NCBI GenBank assembly: GCA_965223905.1
Contig: CBDCXV010000002.1
Span: 192,001 to 256,000, forward strand
Reading direction: 5' to 3'
DNA length: 64,000 nt
Origin: Candidatus Latescibacterota bacterium
GTDB taxonomy: Bacteria; Latescibacterota; UBA2968; UBA8231
Of the stretch, positions 58,279-64,000 are shown piece after piece. The notes beneath the pieces are model-generated. The model did no database searches. It was not told the DNA's origin and saw nothing but the letters and a program-made list of their open reading frames with translations. Made by a program: the position numbers and the translations under genes. Position 1 is the stretch's first letter. Every line of letters begins with the position of its first letter.

Positions 58279-59963
58279 CTATTCGGGCAGTACCCAGAAG
58301 GTGCCGCCGACGTAGTAGCGGCTGAACATCTGATAGTAGTACGTCGTGAAGATGGTAGTGCCAGCCATTTCCACTGACGAGGCATAGCCGTTGTCCCAGT
58401 TCGGAAAGTCCTGGCGCAGGACCAGCGGCGTGCCCCAGGTCTCTCCGTCGTCCTCGCTGAGCACAGCCCGGATACCGCCCGGGTCGGTGCGCCGCCTGAA
58501 GCGAGGCGCAGGAAATTCGGCGGATTGTGAGCGTAGATGTCGGTCCGCCACGGCGGCCGCCAGGTGTGACCGCCATCCTCAGAGATCGACTGCCAGAAAT
58601 GACCGTCGGGAGGATCGGTGCGCATAAGCATGACGAGACGGCCCGATCCCGTGTGCACGAGAGCCGGCTCCGTCGGTCCTTTCTCCAGCAGTGTGGCGGG
58701 ATCGCGCCCGTCCATGACGGTGGCGCGGTGGTCCCAGACGCGCCCACCGTCCGTCGATGCGTATACGGCTGCCACCGCGTCGCGGTCGCCGTAGTTGAAG
58801 TAAACAGGCATCAAGAGCTCACCGCCCGGCAGTTCAACGATCTTTTCGGTCGAACAGGCACAGCCGCCTCCCGATGCGTCACCTGGGTCGAGCACTGCCG
58901 GCTCGGACTCCCAGGTATGGGCGAAGTCGTCGGAGCGCAGGGTCTTGACGTAGAACAGGCGCCCTTCTGGTGGATTGAGCATGCCCGAGCTGTCGTAGCG
59001 GTCGGAGTGAATCCAGTGCAGCAATACGGTCCCACCCCCGAGTTGGGTGATCGTCGGGTCCAGGTTGTCTTCCGCTTCCCGTTCGTAGACGATGGTCGGC
59101 TGGCTCCAGCTGCGCGCATCATCGGTCGAACGCACCAGGGTGATCCGACCGTTGATCTCGGGAGAGAAGCCGACCGTATGCTCGGGACCCTCTCGAAAGC
59201 TGACGACGAGGTCGCCGTTTGCCAGGCGCGCCATGTCCTGGGGCAGGACCGAGTGGTGTCGGCTCGAGTACACCACAGTGTGCTGAGTCCGCCCACGTTC
59301 GGGGTAGTGGTTGGCGTAGGCGATCTCCGACAGGGTGTTTACAGTGTCCTTGAGCCTCGCCAGGTCCGACTGCAGCGTTCGGACTTCGTCATTCAGCGTG
59401 TCGACGGTGAGTGACAGCGTATTCGTGCGCCCGACGACCATGAACCAGGCCCGATGGTCCGCGGCCTGATCCAGGAGCTTCACCTCGACGCGCTGGCGGC
59501 CGTCGCCTACCCGATCGGCCGGCACTGTCAGGCGGTAGAGGCCGCTGTTGCCGTTCGCCTCGAAGAAACGGTGGTATCCCTCGAAGGGCGTCTGGGTCCG
59601 CAGCGGCGTGAACGCGAGCTTCACATCCCCGGCGCGCCATGTGACAGGGCGACGCACGCCGAGCTCGAAGACGATCGCCGGCTCGCCATTCAGGATGAGC
59701 TCGGCCTCGCTGCCGTGGGGAACGCCATAGGGGAGATTGGTGCTCGTCCCCATGAAAGCGAAGGCCGTCCTTACCGAGCGCGTACACCTGGCGGTGAACC
59801 ACGCGAGCGTTTCCTGCGAGCCGACTTTCCAGTACAGCTCCGTGCTGAACGCCTGCACCATCCCGCGAGCATCGATGATGCTGGGAGAACTCTCCGCGGA
59901 TATGATCTCGTCGAAGCCCTCGACGGTCTGGGTTGGCGCCGGTTCCGAAGCTTCACTGCTCAT
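58279..59963 (-). CDS. Sialidase/BNR-repeat exo-glycosidase with N-terminal extension (frameshift near 58500)
   Basis: Asp-boxes STDDARSW, SDDFAHTW, STDGGRVW, SEDGGHTW, SEDDGETW; GYAS. Confidence 0.75.
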
Positions 59964-60258
59964 GGGTCGGCTCTGTGTCCATCAGTGGCGGCGGGGTGCG
60001 AAAGTTGTGTGAGCAGGATGAAGTGGCTGTCGAGGGGCGGGAAAAGCATGTAACGGCGGTGCTATCGTGGCGGGGGGTGCAGGGCTGTTACATTGTATGG
60101 AGACAGAAAGAATGGCGGGAGGTTTTGAGGAAAAAGTTCTCCGGGGACAGCCTCGGCAAAATGCTGGTCAAGCTCGCAGGACGGACGGAAATGCAGTTTG
60201 GCCAGTCATGATCGTCGCATGACGGACTTTCTGAACCGACCAGGACACCTTTCAGATT

Positions 60259-62055
60259 TCACCCCTGCACGGGTTCAAGCCCCAGCATCACCAGCAACCA
60301 GGTGCGATGCCAGTCCGCCGTATTGATGTACGCATTCTCTTCCGTAGGCCAGCCCTTCCAATACGTCTCATTCGTCGGGATCCGGTGATACCAGTGCACG
60401 ATCGGTATGGCCGGCAGGTCGTGCAACCATATTCTCATCGCCTCCCGGAACAGCGACACCAGGTGCGGATCATCTGGCGAGATCTGGCTCATCTGGTCGA
60501 CGACCTCGTCGAATTCTGGATTCTTCCAGCGCCAGAAGTTCGTCGCTGCAGTACCGGTGGGCTGGACGTAGCGGCCGTGATACAACCGCAGGGTGAAGTA
60601 GGGATCACGCACCGAGCCTCCGTTCCCCATCATGTAAGCCTTGGCGATGCCCTGGGTCATGCGGGAGTACGAGTCGCTTGTCATGCGAAAATCAGCGTCG
60701 AAGCCCGCCCGCTTCAACTGAGTCACGAGCACGGGGGTCAGGTCCTGGAAGCTGGGGAAGACATCGATTACGGTGGACAAGTGTTTCCCGTCTTTCGTCC
60801 ACAGCCCTTCAGAGTCGAGTTCCCATCCCTTGCGGGTCATGATTTTTGCTGATCGTGCCGGATCGTGCAGTCCGACGGGGAATTCATCCAGCAAGTCCTG
60901 TATCTGGCTGGTATACTTGCGCAGTGGCGGGAAATCCGGAAAAGGCAGCAGCGTGTAGCGCCCCGCCCCCTGCCATCCGACATCGACGAGCTGCTCGCGG
61001 TCGATGGCGTAGTTGATAGCCCAGCGGATCTCCGGGTCATTAAACGGCTCTTCTAGATCGTTGAAGCCAAGGGATATGGGCCACCAGTCGAGATAGCCGT
61101 AGGGCGGCTCTTTGCCGGTCCAGGTCGTGACATTGGGGTTCGCCTCCATCACCACCTCGATATTCGGCGGTCTCAGCTCGACGCAGGAGTCGATGTCGTT
61201 GGCGATCAGGTGCTGCACCCGTTTGTTCTCTTCAAACCACGGCAGGTAAATCAGACGCTCGACTTTCGGGAGTGCTTTGAAACCAATCTTGGCTGCCCAC
61301 CAATCCTGGCGCAGGTCCCAGATTCTCTGCTCCGGAACCGAATAAGCGAGCTCGTACGGACCGCTCACCACTGGCCAGCCTTTGGAGGCATCCAGGTTGG
61401 CGAAGGTGGTCGGATCCTTGCCCTCCCAGATATGTTTGGGCACGATCGGAATGCCGTTGTCGAAGTTGTGCGTGAAGTAGTTGAACACGAAGCGTGGATT
61501 CCGCTCTTTCAGGCGAATGCGAAGGTGCAGATCGTCGATGACGATGGTCTCGTCCACCCACATATCGACATCAGTCGAAAAAGTCAGTTCCGGGGCATGC
61601 GCCTTGAGCATCTCGAGCGTGAACGCGATGTCGGCTGCGGTCCAGGGAGTGCCATCGCTCCACTCAACCCCCTCGCGAATGTCGATTTCGACTTCGGTGA
61701 AATCCTCGTTGTAGCGGTAACCCGTACCGATCCATGGTATCAGCGTATCCTTGTAAGCGTTGTAAAAATAGAGGGGCTCATAGAGGAATTGATATCCTGT
61801 GCGGGATACCCCTCCCGGTATGTATGGATTGAAGGAACCATAGTCGACAATCTGCCCGAGGCAGTTTTGCCGATCGACGCAGTCCGTTATGAGCGTGCGG
61901 TTTCGCGGAACGATCTTCAGGCCTCCTTCGGCACCGTCGCCATCCTCCGGACCTGAGCCGCAGGCGCCGGCAAAGAACATCGCCATGACGAGTGTTGAAG
62001 TGCGGGATACAATGACCGCTTTGAACCATAGTGGAATCACGGTTAGGATAGCCAT
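60259..62055 (-). CDS. ABC transporter substrate-binding lipoprotein (family 5)
   Basis: AGAC lipobox, YEPLYFYN, GVEWSDG.P.TA.D, RWAINYAIDRE. Confidence 0.9.
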   Translation of the reverse strand: MAILTVIPLWFKAVIVSRTSTLVMAMFFAGACGSGPEDGDGAEGGLKIVPRNRTLITDCVDRQNCLGQIVDYGSFNPYIPGGVSRTGYQFLYEPLYFYNAYKDTLIPWIGTGYRYNEDFTEVEIDIREGVEWSDGTPWTAADIAFTLEMLKAHAPELTFSTDVDMWVDETIVIDDLHLRIRLKERNPRFVFNYFTHNFDNGIPIVPKHIWEGKDPTTFANLDASKGWPVVSGPYELAYSVPEQRIWDLRQDWWAAKIGFKALPKVERLIYLPWFEENKRVQHLIANDIDSCVELRPPNIEVVMEANPNVTTWTGKEPPYGYLDWWPISLGFNDLEEPFNDPEIRWAINYAIDREQLVDVGWQGAGRYTLLPFPDFPPLRKYTSQIQDLLDEFPVGLHDPARSAKIMTRKGWELDSEGLWTKDGKHLSTVIDVFPSFQDLTPVLVTQLKRAGFDADFRMTSDSYSRMTQGIAKAYMMGNGGSVRDPYFTLRLYHGRYVQPTGTAATNFWRWKNPEFDEVVDQMSQISPDDPHLVSLFREAMRIWLHDLPAIPIVHWYHRIPTNETYWKGWPTEENAYINTADWHRTWLLVMLGLEPVQG

Positions 62056-62063
62056 CCTGTTTT

Positions 62064-62936
62064 TCAGTCAACGATTTCGTACTCGATACGCGTTATGTCC
62101 CGGAGGGCGCTTCGCGCTGCTTCACCGTCCGCGCCCTGGGAACGCGTCATCAGGTCGATCAGCGCCACCTCGGCATCTTCAGCCTGCCTCTTTCCCAGCG
62201 CCATGGCGGCCTGCTCTCTGACCCCGGCGTGTGAATCCTGGAGCGCGGCGATAAGTGGCTGGACAACAACCGCGTCGTCGCCATGGCGGCCGAGCAACTG
62301 TACGGCGATGAAACGCACGGTGTCATCTTCATCGCCGACGACACGCAGCAGAAGACTGTCCAGCCTGTCGTACTGCAACCGCACGAGAGCGACGAGCGCT
62401 TCCTTGCGCACGTCCGGCGACCAGTCTTCGAGGGCTCGCAGGAACGGGCGCGGGCCGATGGAATCCACCTTCAGTGCATCCATATCGTCGTAGCGTATGT
62501 TCGCCAGCGCGCGAACGGCAGATCTGCGCACCGTCACCTCGGCATCTGCGCAGGCTTTTGCCAACGGGTGCAGCGCCTTTTGGTCGGCGAGCTTCCCCAG
62601 GGCTACAACCGCCTCCTCGCGAATGGCGACCTCCTGGTCGCTCTCCAACACCCTGATAAGAGGTTCTGTCGCCCGCCGGTCGCCGATCTTGCCCAGCAAC
62701 TGCGCGGCGATAAAACGAGCCTGATCGGGCCCATCTTCGAGGACCTGCAGCAGCTCTGGAACGGCGGATTTTCCGAGGAGGAGGAGCTTGTGTGCGGCGC
62801 TTCTGCGGACCTCGCCGTCGGCATCATCCAACAGCTCGACGTAGCGTTCGCTCCGGTCGCAGCCCGGCGCGCAAAGACCGGCGCAGGCGAGGAAGAAGAT
62901 GAGTGCTCTTGAACTGCCGCTCGGCGACGTCGTCAT
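62064..62936 (-). CDS. HEAT-repeat (lipo)protein
   Basis: Repeated D....VR..A...LG units; hydrophobic N-terminus ending APGC. Confidence 0.8.
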   Translation of the reverse strand: MTTSPSGSSRALIFFLACAGLCAPGCDRSERYVELLDDADGEVRRSAAHKLLLLGKSAVPELLQVLEDGPDQARFIAAQLLGKIGDRRATEPLIRVLESDQEVAIREEAVVALGKLADQKALHPLAKACADAEVTVRRSAVRALANIRYDDMDALKVDSIGPRPFLRALEDWSPDVRKEALVALVRLQYDRLDSLLLRVVGDEDDTVRFIAVQLLGRHGDDAVVVQPLIAALQDSHAGVREQAAMALGKRQAEDAEVALIDLMTRSQGADGEAARSALRDITRIEYEIVD

Positions 62937-62964
62937 AGCGCTGTCCCCTTGATCGAGCGGGTGT

Positions 62965-63906
62965 TCAGTATCCCCGGCTCTGATCGAAGCGGCTGAGCAC
63001 AACCTCTCCCCCCGCCATGTAGCTCTTCAGATTCTCGCAGAACGTGTCCATCCACCGCGAACCGCGCATTGACGAGTTGCCGGCGCTGTGGGGGGTGATG
63101 CAGACGTTCGGCATGTCCCACAGTGGATGGTCATCCGGCACCGGCTCCACCGGCACCGCGTCCAGTCCGGCGCCGGCGATCTGGCCTGTCTCCAGTGCCT
63201 CCATCAGCGCTTCCATGTCGATGATCTTGCCGCGGCTGACGCTGATCAGCAGGGATTCCGGCTTCATGTGGCTGAAGGCCTCCCTGTTGAACATCCCCTT
63301 GGTCTCCGGTGTAAGGGGCGCGCAGATGACGACGAACTCGGCCTCTGCGAGCAGATCGTGGAAGCGATCGATTCCCCAACACGCTTCTACAAAGTCGGGA
63401 ACTTCAGCCGGCGTCGGGTCGATCGCCAGCACCCGCATGCCGAAGGCGTGCGCCCGTTTCGCGGTTTCACGACCTGACCCACCCAGGCCGATGATCCCCA
63501 TGGTGTGATCCATGAGCTCCCGGCACATGAGACGGTTGTCTGTCCAGCTGCGATTGCGGGTCACGAGCGCGATATCGCGCGTCAATCCCAGGATGAGCGC
63601 GAATGCGTGCTCGGCCAGATGGACACCGACAAAGCCCTTGGCACACGTGATGATGAGGTTGCTTTCCAGAATCTCCGGACTGATGAGATGGTCGATCCCG
63701 GCAGAGTGGTAGGCGACCCAGCGCGCGTTTTTCGCCTTCGCGAACTGCTGCGGTGGCAGCTCGCCGATGATGATTTCTGCCTCAGGGAGTTTTGCAGCGA
63801 ATTCCTCCTCGGAGTCGACTATCACGAGCTCGACCTGGTCTGACAGGGAACGGATCCGCCTGGCTTCCTTATCGTCCATTCCCTGTACGAGTACTCTTGT
63901 TGTCAC
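62965..63906 (-). CDS. D-2-hydroxyacid dehydrogenase
   Basis: GIIGLGGSG, PLTPETKGM, SRG, AGLD....EP, ITPH.AG. Confidence 0.92.
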   Translation of the reverse strand: MTTRVLVQGMDDKEARRIRSLSDQVELVIVDSEEEFAAKLPEAEIIIGELPPQQFAKAKNARWVAYHSAGIDHLISPEILESNLIITCAKGFVGVHLAEHAFALILGLTRDIALVTRNRSWTDNRLMCRELMDHTMGIIGLGGSGRETAKRAHAFGMRVLAIDPTPAEVPDFVEACWGIDRFHDLLAEAEFVVICAPLTPETKGMFNREAFSHMKPESLLISVSRGKIIDMEALMEALETGQIAGAGLDAVPVEPVPDDHPLWDMPNVCITPHSAGNSSMRGSRWMDTFCENLKSYMAGGEVVLSRFDQSRGY

Positions 63907-64000
63907 GATCCCAGATTGAATCCTCGCTGCCCGCTAGTGGGACTTGTCGCCTCGCGGCGCATCATCCGATGTGCGTTCCCTTCGCGAATTCCCTGCACTA

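Noticed and set aside
1-64000. tRNA/rRNA genes, integrase or att sites bounding the defence island
   Set aside because: None recognisable by eye; island boundaries cannot be defined from the sequence alone.

Overview
High-GC bacterial window, inferred to come from an FCB-superphylum organism, probably Latescibacterota-like (porU/porV type IX secretion genes, FlgD/CTD-tailed proteins, a C-terminal SWGxxK tail). Several genes carry frameshifts and one stretch (about 7.8-9.0 kb) is garbled, so long-read consensus errors are likely. Layout: 0-13.5 kb metabolic genes, a TonB receptor/phytase pair and many toxin-antitoxin genes or remnants; 13.6-29.3 kb defence island; 29.4-35.6 kb mixed metabolic genes and rpmB; 35.9-50.6 kb T9SS-related operon; folBK; 51.8-56.6 kb porin-imelysin-diheme iron-uptake operon with a structured leader; 56.7-64 kb carbohydrate/ABC cluster. 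The strongest candidate for an undescribed system is the type I restriction-modification operon (hsdR-hsdM-MNT-HEPN-hsdS). It has a near-perfect sigma54 promoter directly behind an RtcR-like enhancer-binding protein, and its HsdR carries a LexA/S24-type self-cleaving peptidase domain inserted within the nuclease domain. Other notable items are an ABC-ATPase plus PLD-like gene pair and a PorU sortase with Ser at the catalytic Cys position. No rRNA, tRNA or CRISPR array was seen. All family calls are from motif recognition by eye; no database searches were run.
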